Numbered from the stretch's first letter, positions 1 through 9,407 are shown. The stretch is 32,000 nucleotides of DNA from Candidatus Saccharimonadota bacterium (GCA_963706795.1 OY970170.1:600001-632000), one strand, 5' to 3'. The notes: generated by a model not told the origin, from the letters alone. A program made the numbers and translations.

Positions 1-83
1 CTCTTTCTACGAAGGAAGTCTCATAGATAAAGAGAATATCCCATCCCATTTGCCAAATCCTCGCTTTCTATAAAATACCCCTC

Positions 84-791
84 ATGATCTTCATTTCTCT
101 CGTACTCGTCCTTCTTGCAAGCCTGACAGGTCTCTTGCTCGCACGGACAAAATTTATCGAATCCCTCTCCCTTGAGCTCATCGCTCTTGGCGCTGGTGCG
201 ATGACGAGTGTGGCGCTGGTACATATTTATCCTGAGGCTATCGCGACAAATCCCCATGCGGTCTATACATTTTTGCTCGGATTTCTCGTAGTCTATGTGC
301 TCGAAAATGCCAGTATTGTACATCCATGTGTTGAGGATCATTGCCACTTTCATTCGCTTTCACTCTGGTCATTTAGTGGACTCATCGTCCATACGCTCTT
401 TGATGGAGTAGGAATTTGGGCCTGATTTTCGTCTGGTGTCGAGCTGGGAATGCTCGTAACACTGGGTGTTTTAGTGCATCAGATTCCAGTTTCACTCTCG
501 CTTGCAGGCCTCGCAAAGCGAGCACATTTCGACGCAAAGAAACGTAAATTACTCTTCGCTTTTTTTGCTCTTGCGGCTCCAATTTGAGCACTTCTTGCGC
601 TTTTTGCTCTGAATGGTCTCTCGCCTGAGTTGCTTGCATATCCGCTCGCATTTGCAGGAGGAAGTCTGCTCTATATCGGTGCCTCTGATCTCTTGCCGCT
701 CGTACACAAAGACTCCCATAAACATCTTGCACTTATAAGTATGTTTATCCTCGGAATGGCGCTTTCGGTTATTGCTAAGTTTTTTGAATAG
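84..791 (+). CDS. ZIP-family divalent metal (zinc) permease, ZupT-like; 2 in-frame TGA read as Gly
   Basis: ORF 84..425 continues in the same frame through TGA at 423-425 and 585-587 to TAG at 789-791. The translation carries His-rich TM motifs (HPCVEDHCHFH, HQIPVSLSLAG, GGSLLYIGASDLLP) typical of ZIP/ZupT. Confidence 0.75.
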
Positions 792-1462
792 TGCATAGCG
801 TTTTTGCTGATCGTATCCTTGAAATATCTGGCCCAGCAGAGATATTTCAATTTCGAATGCCTCTCACTTACGAGTTCGGAGGCATTTTTGATATGGGTAA
901 GTTTCTCACGGAGCATCACAATCCAGAGCTCCTCCGTACAAAAATCCCAAAGCAGTACTCAGAAGTCTATCCCGAATCCCTCGAGCTTGCCTGCTTTGAG
1001 TCACTCTTGGATAACGCTCTTGCCACAGGTATTCCACTCCATCTTGAAAATATCTCTCAAAAAGCTATCGCTGATCGAATCAAAAATCTCTATATCGAGC
1101 TTGGATATTTTGTACCAGAGCTCAATGCATTCGTGGTCGATTTTGAGCATGCGCCAGTGACTCTTGGTGTCAATTTAGCCAGTCTCATCTATTCGACCAA
1201 GGATATTTACCTCCTGGACGAACAACTCTTCTCGCTCGTTCCACCACCGAGATCGCCAACACATCAAAAGGCTCTTATCGCCGCAGTAAACTCAGGTATC
1301 ATCTCTCGAATTCGTGTTGATCAACCTCAAGAATGACTCCTCGGTGACTTTCTCGCGAACGAAAATATTGCTCTGACAAAGGCAGCAGCTCAACTCTATG
1401 ATCACTATCAAAAAATCGGAAACCCAGAGGATTTCCGATTGTTCGATTTGCATCTCGATTAG
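791..1462 (+). CDS. hypothetical protein (about 223 aa; one in-frame TGA at 1334-1336)
   Basis: ORF 791..1336 stays open after its TGA to TAG at 1460-1462. The GTG at 791 overlaps the upstream TAG by 1 nt; an ATG at 857 is an alternative start. I recognise no family. Confidence 0.5.
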
Positions 1463-1749
1463 GCTGCAGCCTTTTCTCTGAGCGCCGTACGAATCATTGC
1501 CTGCTTCATTTCTTCGTCGATTTCGGATTGGATTTCTTTCATCATTATGAGATCATTGAGCGCTTGTTTCTTGATGATTTTATTCTTTTTTGCGATCATT
1601 GCGTCGTAGGCGTCCGTAATAATCGGCAGAAGCAAATAAGCCCCAATGGCACATATGAGCACCCCGCCCGCGATGATATATTCATCTGGCGAGAATGGCT
1701 TTTGAAGTGTCTGAACACTGAGGATGTATGGTGTCTCGAGGAGATTCAT
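1459..1749 (-). CDS. small single-pass membrane protein, hypothetical
   Basis: 96-aa ORF starting 3 nt after the sortase stop and ending in TAA. It has a hydrophobic segment (IIAGGVLICAIGAYLLLPII) followed by a charged helix-like tail. Confidence 0.45.
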   Translation of the reverse strand: MNLLETPYILSVQTLQKPFSPDEYIIAGGVLICAIGAYLLLPIITDAYDAMIAKKNKIIKKQALNDLIMMKEIQSEIDEEMKQAMIRTALREKAAA

Positions 1750-1752
1750 AGA

Positions 1753-2829
1753 CTATTTATGAGAAGTTTCTTGAAGCTCTGTAAATACGAGCATACGCTT
1801 GAGGGTAGTTCCGACTGGCCAGCATGTCATGAGCGAGAGTTCTTTTTGTGCTGGATCACGGTCGAGTACTTTAACATCACCTGGCTTTACAACCTTCTTT
1901 TCTTTGACGACGTAGACGAATTTTTTTTGATTGTAGTAGACGATGATTTGATCGCCGAACTCGAGGTCGTCGAGGAGGGCAAAGATATCATTATAGCTCC
2001 CTTTGAGCCATGGATAATTTGAGGAATGTCCAAAGATGAACGAGTTTCCCTGTTCGCCTGGAAGGGCGCTTCCTGGATATCGTACCACACCTTTTTCGAG
2101 TTCCTGCATAAAAATATTTTCCATGTGGTCGAAGTCGAAGGTGTTCGTAGACATGATATCAACGAGGGGAATATTCTTACCGATCTTTGGAATAATGATG
2201 CGATTTTCGTAGGGTGTAATATCAAATCCAACCTGAATATTTGGCTCAGAAGGAATAAGATGCTTCATCGAAAATGGATCTTCTTTGATCTGAACATTGT
2301 CTGCTTCTAGCTGCTTTTTGATCGTTTCAGCAGTTTCTTTTTTGCCAGCTGCTTCGATGTTTTCGGAGTCTGCGTTCGCAAATACCGTAATGCGGGATTT
2401 ATTCAGGCTGTCGGCGATTTCCATGCCAGATGCCTTGAGTGCACCAGGATTGATGGCATTCATGGCAATCGTGTAATATGCGCTCCAATTTGTGCTTACC
2501 AAGAGAATCGCAAATACCGCAACAGAAACAGCGATATAGTGAAGCAGAAACTTGAATGAATCAAAGATGCTTATATTGAACTTTGGAGTCTTTTTGATCT
2601 CCAAAATTGAAGCTGTTGGTGCTTCGATTGTACCGAGTGGATCAATGGAAGGCACTTCTTCGATCACAAGAGCAGTTGTAATAACCGGAGCAGGAAGGGC
2701 TTCAATTGTTTCGATTGATGCCTCTACAATTGAGAGAGGATCAAGTACCGCAGAGGTTTCTTGTTCGATCTGAGTGAGGGCGTCGAGAGCGGAAAGAGGG
2801 TTTTTTACCCCGTCTTCGAGAAAGTGCAT
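1753..2829 (-). CDS. sortase-family transpeptidase with N-terminal membrane anchor
   Basis: 358-aa ORF with no TGA and a TAG stop. It has the catalytic-type motifs 'FIFGHSS' (His) and 'LSLMTCWP' (TLxTC-like Cys) with a downstream Arg (TLKRMLVF), plus a TM segment (YIAVSVAVFAILLV). Confidence 0.75.
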   Translation of the reverse strand: MHFLEDGVKNPLSALDALTQIEQETSAVLDPLSIVEASIETIEALPAPVITTALVIEEVPSIDPLGTIEAPTASILEIKKTPKFNISIFDSFKFLLHYIAVSVAVFAILLVSTNWSAYYTIAMNAINPGALKASGMEIADSLNKSRITVFANADSENIEAAGKKETAETIKKQLEADNVQIKEDPFSMKHLIPSEPNIQVGFDITPYENRIIIPKIGKNIPLVDIMSTNTFDFDHMENIFMQELEKGVVRYPGSALPGEQGNSFIFGHSSNYPWLKGSYNDIFALLDDLEFGDQIIVYYNQKKFVYVVKEKKVVKPGDVKVLDRDPAQKELSLMTCWPVGTTLKRMLVFTELQETSHK

Positions 2830-2883
2830 ATTTTGTTTTGGTTTTTGTCTAAAAATAGACTACCGCAAATTCTCTCAGGCGTC

Positions 2884-2915
2884 AAAAAAGCGAGCCCTTG
2901 CGGACTCGCTTTTTT
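2884..2915 (-). terminator. rho-independent terminator downstream of the rpsU-like gene
   Basis: aaaaaagcgag-cccttgcgga-ctcgctttttt: a GC-containing stem flanked by an A-run and a T-run, located 12 nt after the TAG at 2927-2929. Confidence 0.5.
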
Positions 2916-2926
2916 GTGGTGTAAAA

Positions 2927-3130
2927 CTATGCGATGTTATTCTTTGCCGCAGTGCGGTAAAATTCGCGAACAATCGCTTTTTCTCGGAGCTTTCGCACCG
3001 AAACCTTACGCTGGTGTTGAGCGGAAGCTTTAAGCTTGTTGTTGGTGCGTGTCTGGAAGAACATCTTCTTGTAGCGAAGAATGAGCTTCTCGTTTGACTC
3101 TGATGAGTTCTTAATCGCGTAAACAATCAT
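2927..3130 (-). CDS. rpsU: probable 30S ribosomal protein S21
   Basis: 67-aa, very basic ORF. The N-terminus 'IKNSSESNEKLILRYKK' resembles the S21 'V..nEs.e.alrRFKr' pattern and the C-terminus is K/R-rich. It has a good SD (aaggag, 9 nt upstream) and a sigma70-like promoter. Confidence 0.55.
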   Translation of the reverse strand: MIVYAIKNSSESNEKLILRYKKMFFQTRTNNKLKASAQHQRKVSVRKLREKAIVREFYRTAAKNNIA

Positions 3131-3170
3131 GGGTTTCTATCTCCTTTAGAGACTAAAAAATATTGCGGGA

Positions 3171-3198
3171 AGTGTATCGGAGAATGCACTAAAGTCAA
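3171..3198 (-). promoter_or_regulatory. putative sigma70-type promoter for the rpsU-like gene
   Basis: On the minus strand: TTGACT (3198..3193), 16-nt spacer, TACACT (3176..3171), about 40 nt upstream of the ATG at 3130. Confidence 0.3.
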
Positions 3199-3218
3199 AA
3201 GTTTGCACCACAACAGCA

Positions 3219-3497
3219 CTAATCCTTCCAATTCCACCACTTGAGAAGCTCGGGATCGTGTGTTTTGTTGCTTGCGAAGTACACCGCACATTTGAATGTA
3301 TAGAGCATGCAGCGATCTACTATTTGTCATTTTTTCCTACAGTGCTCCGCATAGAGTTGATTAGGATTTTTGTCTATGAGATCAGCGATTTTATGGATTC
3401 AGAGCTCATATAGATCGTGAGCAACCGCCTTCCCAACTCAGGGGATCATGCGGAGTTCTCGTAGAATAGACTCTTTGGTCGCGGGATTATTTACCAT
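3219..3497 (-). CDS. small helix-hairpin-helix protein (Cdd1/'pathogenicity locus'-like), 92 aa, 3 in-frame TGA
   Basis: Not visible with the standard code. Under code 25 it reads MVNNPATKESILRELRMIPGVGKAVAHDLYELGIHKIADLIDKNPNQLYAEHCRKKGQIVDRCMLYTFKCAVYFASNKTHDPELLKWWNWKD. TGA supplies the G of the HhH 'PGVGK' and 'ELGI' motifs. The ATG at 3497..3495 overlaps the toxin stop (ATGGTAAATAA). Confidence 0.7.
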
Positions 3498-3756
3498 AGA
3501 GATGGGAGTGAGTTCCGAGTGTAATGAGCGTCACAAGCTCGTATGTTCCGTCCTTTTCTTCAAAAATAATTCTCAGGTCGAATGCGGCGTCTATGGAGCG
3601 AAGGTTCTTGTATTTTCCGTTCAATACGTGATTTCGAAGATCTCTATGAAATGGGTTTTCTCTGAAAAGTCACAAAGATTTTTCTACAAATTCTCTGTCT
3701 TGGGTAGAGAGTTTTGCGAATTGCTTGAGGTATTTCTTTTTGAGTAAGATACGCAC
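3487..3756 (-). CDS. type II toxin, RelE/YafQ-family mRNA interferase (89 aa, one in-frame TGA)
   Basis: GTG start at 3756. Translation: VRILLKKKYLKQFAKLSTQDREFVEKSLGLFRENPFHRDLRNHVLNGKYKNLRSIDAAFDLRIIFEEKDGTYELVTLITLGTHSHLYGK. It has the RelE/YafQ layout, including a C-terminal 'GTHSHLY' (compare YafQ 'GTHAALF'), and sits directly downstream of a DinJ-like gene. Confidence 0.75.
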
Positions 3757-3792
3757 ACAAAAAATATGAAGAAATTGTGCGCTATCTTCGAA

Positions 3793-4086
3793 TTATTCTT
3801 GGGGAATCTTTTTCATGTATTCTATTGCTTCTTCCATTGATTCAAAAAGTATTCCAGGATCTTTTCCAGATCTGTGTTCTTCTATGGCTTCCATAATTTG
3901 GGCGCTTTCTTCAGGAGTAAATCCCTCTTCGTCCAAGTCGACTCGAAGCCTGCGATGACGCACAAAATTAGCAAGCAAAATATTTGCTACTGTGCTCAGG
4001 TTTGTACCCATTTCTTTAGCAAGAATCTGAGCATCTTGTTTGATTTTCGTATTCAGGCGAATACTGGTGGCAGTTGTTTGATTCAT
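3793..4086 (-). CDS. type II antitoxin, DinJ/RelB family (ribbon-helix-helix)
   Basis: 97-aa ORF. The N-terminus 'SIRLNTKIKQDAQILAKEMGTNLSTVANILLANFVRHRRL' matches the DinJ RHH pattern and the C-terminus is acidic. It lies 36 nt upstream of the toxin, in the same frame. Confidence 0.75.
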   Translation of the reverse strand: MNQTTATSIRLNTKIKQDAQILAKEMGTNLSTVANILLANFVRHRRLRVDLDEEGFTPEESAQIMEAIEEHRSGKDPGILFESMEEAIEYMKKIPQE

Positions 4087-4088
4087 AG

Positions 4089-4108
4089 TACAATGTATAT
4101 ACGTTGTA
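4089..4108. promoter_or_regulatory. 20-bp near-perfect palindrome, candidate TA operator
   Basis: tacaatgtatatacgttgta equals its own reverse complement except for one symmetric pair. It starts 3 nt upstream of the antitoxin ATG. Confidence 0.35.
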
Positions 4109-4133
4109 TATTAATCATTTCCAAGCTATTCAC

Positions 4134-4167
4134 AAAAAAATCTCTCCGAATCGGAGAGATTTTTTTA
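4134..4167. terminator. bidirectional rho-independent terminator after typA
   Basis: aaaaaaa-tctctccg-aat-cggagaga-ttttttt: a 9-bp stem and 3-nt loop, with an A-run and T-run on either side. It lies 11 nt after the typA TAA. Confidence 0.65.
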
Positions 4168-4177
4168 CCTTGAGGAA

Positions 4178-5977
4178 TTACTTCCCACCCTTCTTGCGAT
4201 CTCCTTCCGTCAAACCCTTCTTGCGGATTCGAACGTTTGATGGAGTAACTTCTACGTACTCATCAGTTGAGATGTAATCGAGAGCTTCTTCGAGTGTGAA
4301 CTTGCGTGGTGGAGTAAGGCGAACTGCTTCGTCTGTTCCAGAGGCTCGCATATTCGTGAGCTGCTTGTTCTTTGTTGGGTTAACAACGAGGTCTCCACCC
4401 TTGAGGTGTTCTCCGATAACCATTCCTTCGTAGACTTCAGTCTGTGGATCGATGAAGATTGGTCCTCGTTCTTCGAGCTTCCAGAGTGAGTATGCCATGG
4501 CATTTCCTCCGACTCCAGAGATCATAGAACCTACTTCGCGCTTTTCGATAGGACCCTTGTAGTCTTCGTAGTGTGAGAATGCAGAGTACATAATACCTTC
4601 ACCCTTTGTCTGTGTAACGAACTGAGATCTAAATCCAAGGAGTCCACGAGTTGGAACTTCGAATTCGAGATTCGTGATTCCATTCTTTGTGTCCATGTTC
4701 TTGATGAGACCCTTTCGCTTTCCGAGTGCTTCGATGATAGAACCTGAGTCACCTTCTGGTACGAATACTGTAACCTGTTCGATTGGCTCTTGCTTCTTTC
4801 CTCCGTCTTCGTGGAAGATAACCTGCGGAGCTCCGACTGAGAGTTCGAAACCTTCACGGCGCATAGACTCGATGAGTACTGAGAGGTGGAGTTCTCCACG
4901 TCCAGATACGTTGTATCCGTTTCCGTCAGAACCGTCGAAGTCTACCTTGAGACCTACGTTCATCTCGAGTTCCTTTTCAAGACGCTCGCGGATGTTTCGT
5001 GAAGTAACGAATTTACCTTCCTTACCTGCAAATGGAGAGTCATTTACACGGAATTCCATCTTGAGAGTTGGCTCATCGATGGTAATTGGTGGCATGGCTT
5101 CAAAATCCGAAACACTCGATACCGTTTCTCCAACGTAGATGTCGGCGATACCAGCGATCGTAACGATGTCTCCTGCTTCTGCTGCAGTTACTTCGTTACG
5201 CTTAAGACCAAGAGAAGTGAAACACTTCGCGATCTTTCCAGTTCGCTTTACTCCGTCGTTTCCGAGGATAGTAACTGACTGACCAGCCTTTACGACTCCT
5301 TCGTATACACGTCCGATACCGAGGCGACCGAGGTAGTTGTCGTACGCAAGGTTTGCGATCTGCATACGGAATGGCTTCTCAAGATCGTTTGATGCCGCAG
5401 CAACGTGATCGAGGATCGTGTCGAAGATTGGAGTAATATCCTTCTTCTCGTCGTTAAGATTGCGAACCGCAACTCCTTCACGAGCAATCGCGTAAACGAT
5501 TGGGAAGTCGAGCTGTTCGTCGGTTGCTCCGAGCTGAACGAAGAGATCAAAAAGCATATCAACTACTTCATCTGGACGAGCTGTTGGCTTGTCGATCTTG
5601 TTGATGATAACGATCGGGCGAAGTCCGAGTGAGAGTGCCTTCTTGAGAACGAACTTCGTCTGTGGCATTGGGCCTTCGTAGGCGTCAACGACGAGACAAA
5701 CTGAGTCAACCATTCGAAGAACACGCTCTACTTCAGAACCGAAGTCCGCGTGACCTGGAGTGTCAACGATGTTGATCTTAACGTCCTTGTAGAATACGGC
5801 AGTATTCTTGGCGTAGATGGTGATACCACGCTCTTTTTCCTGGTCGTTTGAGTCCATAACACAAATGTCGACAGCTTCGTTGTCGCGGAAAACTCCTGAC
5901 TGTTTGAGAAGGGCGTCAACGAGGGTAGTCTTTCCGTGGTCAACGTGGGCGATAATCGCAATATTGCGGTAAATCAT
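4178..5977 (-). CDS. typA: translational GTPase TypA/BipA (599 aa)
   Basis: 'IRNIAIIAHVDHGKTTLVDALLKQSG', 'DTPGHADFGSEVER' and 'NKIDK' G-motifs, with EF-G-like domains throughout. I place the start at the ATG 5977..5975 (MIYRNIAIIAHVDHGKT) rather than at the 682-aa ORF start. No in-frame TGA. Confidence 0.9.
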   Translation of the reverse strand: MIYRNIAIIAHVDHGKTTLVDALLKQSGVFRDNEAVDICVMDSNDQEKERGITIYAKNTAVFYKDVKINIVDTPGHADFGSEVERVLRMVDSVCLVVDAYEGPMPQTKFVLKKALSLGLRPIVIINKIDKPTARPDEVVDMLFDLFVQLGATDEQLDFPIVYAIAREGVAVRNLNDEKKDITPIFDTILDHVAAASNDLEKPFRMQIANLAYDNYLGRLGIGRVYEGVVKAGQSVTILGNDGVKRTGKIAKCFTSLGLKRNEVTAAEAGDIVTIAGIADIYVGETVSSVSDFEAMPPITIDEPTLKMEFRVNDSPFAGKEGKFVTSRNIRERLEKELEMNVGLKVDFDGSDGNGYNVSGRGELHLSVLIESMRREGFELSVGAPQVIFHEDGGKKQEPIEQVTVFVPEGDSGSIIEALGKRKGLIKNMDTKNGITNLEFEVPTRGLLGFRSQFVTQTKGEGIMYSAFSHYEDYKGPIEKREVGSMISGVGGNAMAYSLWKLEERGPIFIDPQTEVYEGMVIGEHLKGGDLVVNPTKNKQLTNMRASGTDEAVRLTPPRKFTLEEALDYISTDEYVEVTPSNVRIRKKGLTEGDRKKGGK

Positions 5978-6246
5978 AGAAATGAAAAAGGGTATTCGAA
6001 ATTTGAAAAATCGTCTCTCGCAATAGACACAGAAATGAACTCTTTGAGGGAGTTCATGAAGGCTTCTTTCAAAGCTATTTTTGCGTTGTCTTGCCTGCTC
6101 GCGATTTATGTGCCCCATTGTACCGATAATTTCTCTTTGTAAAGCCAAAATATGATTCTTGTATTGGGGCTTTAAAAATGATTGAATCGAGGATGATTTG
6201 ATTCTGAGGTTTCCCTTTTTTGACACTGCGAATGTATTAGCGTAGA

Positions 6247-7446
6247 GTGAGCAAGAAAATTACAAAAACCATGACAAAATTGAATATGTCTTCGCTCAAA
6301 AAGCAGAAGGCCGAAGATACCGCTCGCGAAGCCATCGTTGCAGTAACTCCAGAACCTGCTGCGGTTATTCCTGTCGAATCCGCACCGAAAGCTGACTCCC
6401 CAAAGGCGCGTATTTCACTCGCAGGTTTTAAAAAAGAGCCCGAAAAGGTGGCTGAGTCAGTAATTTCAGAACCGGTTGTAATGACCCAGGTTCCGAATAC
6501 TGCTGAGATTGAAGTTCCACTGCCATCTACCTCGCTTGCACAGGAAGCGACGGCTGTAGAGGCGCTCGTGACTTCTCTCGAATCCGAGGCAAAGTCAGAG
6601 CCAGCACCACATCCAGACTTTATTCCTGAGGCGGCAATCGTACCAATTCAACCTAAGGAATATTTCCCAAATCTTGATATGGGTGACGCTGATGATCTCT
6701 TTAAGGATCTCGAAGGCGGCATTATTATCGAAGCTCCTAAAGAAGAAGGAAAGACAGCCGAGATTTCTCTTCTAGAACCGACCGAAGTATTTACTCTTCC
6801 ACAGATGGTCGAAGTGGGGCCTGAGCCAGAAGTGACTCAACCTGCTTCGGCACTTCCTGAGATGATCGAATTTACTACGCCAGAGAGTTCTGAGGCGGCA
6901 ACGGAGATTTCGAACGCTTCTGACTCAGTGGCTCCTCTCGAACAGGAATCACCTTCTGTGCAAAATGCAGAGATTCCTCCTGTAAAGCCAGTTCTCAGTG
7001 GTCTCGCTGCATTTATGAACAATAAAAAGCGAATGCGTTTTGCAGGAATATTCGCTTCAATTTTAGGTATCGTGGTAGTCTGACTCGTGGTTGGTACGAA
7101 CATGCTTTCTCGTAGTCAGGTTCCTCCACATGTAGTCTCGACGGGCGCAACCGCCATAAAGCCAAAACCGGTAGTTGCCGTAACGCCTCCTGTAGCTTCG
7201 GGGGCACTTGCTCCAACAACTGCAACTGGTGGGCTCACAGAGTCTGGTGCAACTAATACAGGAGTTGCTAGTGGTACGGGCATGGTAGCTGCTGGTCCAG
7301 GAACTCAGACTGGAGCTACGTTGACTACTTCCACTGGTGCGGCAGTGCCCGATATGACCACAGCTACCGGCTCAACAATTACATATCCTAAGGCAAATAC
7401 GACGGTGAATTCGATTCGAACACCAAATGTTCATAAGCCTCGTTAG
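6247..7446 (+). CDS. low-complexity single-pass membrane protein (acidic P/E/A-rich N-half, T/G/A-rich C-half), hypothetical
   Basis: ORFs 6247..7083 and 7087..7446 are in one frame, joined by a TGA at 7081-7083 that lies inside the only hydrophobic segment (FAGIFASILGIVVV-G-LVVGTNML). The stop is TAG and a strong terminator follows. Confidence 0.55.
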
Positions 7447-7451
7447 AGAAG

Positions 7452-7475
7452 AGCGTCCTTCAGGGCGCTTTTTTC
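7452..7475 (+). terminator. rho-independent terminator
   Basis: agcgtcc-ttca-gggcgct (7-bp stem including one G:U pair, 4-nt loop) followed by tttttt. It begins 6 nt after the stop. Confidence 0.7.
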
Positions 7476-7509
7476 TTGGATTTTTTGGTCTTTCGTCTAT
7501 GCTCTCTGC

Positions 7510-8268
7510 ATGCAAACTGGCCAATTCTCTCGCTTTGTAACCAAGGCGATCAATACGATTTTTACTCTGATCCTGCTTGGTCTCACGGTGCTCGCACTTT
7601 TTCGTCCAGATCTCGTGGAGCGTGCAATTCTCTTTATTGGCGATCAGATTAAACTCATCGGCGCATGGAATTACTTGATAGTATTTCTCTCGAGCTGTAT
7701 CGAATCTTTTCCTGTCATTGGTGTCTTGATTCCAGGGCAGCAGGTGATGCTTTTGGTTGGCGGATTTTATGGACATGACCATCTGATTGGTGTACTCATT
7801 CTCTCTTCTCTTGGCGCAATGCTCGGCAATTGGATCGGATATATTCTCTGAGTTTCGCATGGGAAGGCGTTCCTTCATCACTATGGCGATACCTTTGGCA
7901 TAGGTAAAACCGAGCAGAAGATTCTTGAGAAGCAGATCATCAAAAATGGCCCTTGGTTTATAGTGCTGGGTAAATTCCATAATTTTACTCGTTCATTTGT
8001 GCCATTTATCGCTGGTGCAATGGGAATGAAGGCAAAAAGTTTTTGGCCATACAATCTCATAGGTTCCGTTATTTGGGCTTCCACTATGATGATCTTGGGA
8101 ATATTTTTTACAACCTATCTCAAAGTGATCCTTAATTCTATTGGATATGTATTTTTGGGTATTATCACTGCCACGGTGATCTATATTTCTCTCTTTAAGC
8201 GGGCTGAATTTAGGGAATATATGCGTGAGAAACGACTTGAACTCGAATTAAAATCTCAAGGTAAATAA
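7510..8268 (+). CDS. DedA/SNARE-associated family membrane protein (one in-frame TGA at 7849-7851)
   Basis: ORFs 7510..7851 and 7963..8268 are in the same frame with no other stop between them. Motifs: 'ESFPVIGVLIPGQ', 'GNWIGYILGVSHGKAFLHHYG' and 'GKFHNFTRSFVPFIAGAMGM'. Confidence 0.8.
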
Positions 8269-8269
8269 T

Positions 8270-9406
8270 ATGACTCTCGAACTCATTACTCGATTCTTTT
8301 TTATTTTCGGAGCTTCTACATTGATATCGTGTGCTCTGTTTTGGGCGGTACTCCGATACTTTCCAAAGTTGGGACTATTGGATAATCCAGGTCCATATGG
8401 ACACGATCGAAAACCCGTGCCATTTGGAGTGGGCATTGTTCTCTATCTCAATTTCTTGATCTGTTCGCTCGCGTTACTCGGCATTTCCGAAAAACTCGTA
8501 GTATTGCTCATACTCGGAGCGATCGTCACGGCCGTGAGTTTCCTTGATGATCTTGATACTATATATAAGTACAATGAGAAAGATAAAGCCGGTAAAACGG
8601 GTGAGATGATCAAGCCTCGAGAAACTCCGTTTGCGGTTCCAGCTAAGATCCGACTGGCACTTCAGATCCTTGTGGGGCTGATAGTTGGGCTCACGAGTAT
8701 CAAGATCAGCTATGTCTCTAATCTCTTTGGTGGTATCTTGCAGCTCGATTGGCTTTCATTTACTGCATTCGGATTTGAAGTCTTCATTATCCCAGTGCTT
8801 TTTACGATCGCGTGGTATGTGCTCGTATTTAATAGCGTCAATTGGAGCGATGGAGTTCCAGGATTGACTTCTGGCCTGACATCGATTGCATTTATAGTCA
8901 TCGGGATTCTTACGGTCCGATTTTATCTCGTGGATCAGACTCCTGCACTTCATGAAAATTCGATATTTGTATTCTCAATCTTGGCGATTTGTATTCCTGC
9001 AGCACTGATTGGTTGGTTTTTAGGAATGCGTCCACGAATACTTCTCGGAGACAGTGGTACGATGTTCGCGAGCTTTATTATCGCTTCACTCGCGCTCTTG
9101 GTGGGCTGAAAGGTTGCAACGGTTGCAACCGCTCTGGGTGTCTATTTGATTGATGCATTTTACGTAATCTTTGCCCGTATTCTCAACGGTAAAAACCCAC
9201 TGAAGGGCGATCGTATTCACCACCTGCATTATCGACTTATGGCGATAGGCATGTCCGAATCAGCTATTCGTATATTTGTTTGGTCGCTTTCATTTCTTTT
9301 TGGAATGGCGGCTGCATTTTTGGATAAAGTGGGTAAGATTATTCTGTTCGTTGCGCTGATGCTCGTGATTATTTTTATCACCAAGATTCTCTCCCTCAAA
9401 AAATAG
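8270..9406 (+). CDS. glycosyltransferase family 4 polyprenyl-phosphate sugar-1-phosphate transferase (WecA/TagO/MraY superfamily)
   Basis: ORFs 8270..9109 and 9146..9406 are in the same frame, joined at the TGA 9107-9109 ('LLVG-G-KVATVATALGVYLIDAFYVIFAR'). Motifs: 'DNPGPYGHDRKPVPFGVG', 'NSVNWSDGVPGLTSG', 'LLGDSGTMF' and 'DRIHHLHYRL'. Confidence 0.8.
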
Positions 9407-9407
9407 C

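Noticed and set aside
3448-3747. 99-aa plus-strand ORF, and the 67-aa minus-strand ORF 3127..3330.
   Set aside because: The first is antisense to the well-supported RelE/YafQ-like toxin. The second is out of frame with, and overlapped by, the HhH gene (3219..3497) and the rpsU promoter. Neither has recognisable motifs.
4252-5961. Multiple 75-154-aa ORFs on both strands inside typA (for example 4531..4899 -, 4674..5138 +, 5290..5562 -).
   Set aside because: These are shadow ORFs within or antisense to a highly conserved GTPase gene. Their S/T/R-rich, low-complexity translations are typical of off-frame reading.
5978-6226. An 83-codon N-terminal extension of typA (the track ORF is 682 aa) and the small plus-strand ORF 5936..6142 in the typA/6247 spacer. 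A hairpin atgaactc-N7-gagttcat is also present at roughly 6034-6056.
   Set aside because: The BipA/TypA G1 motif normally lies within about 10 residues of the start, and the ATG at 5977 gives MIYRNIAIIAHVDHGKT. The extension has no recognisable features. I cannot support the spacer ORF or the hairpin as functional from sequence alone.
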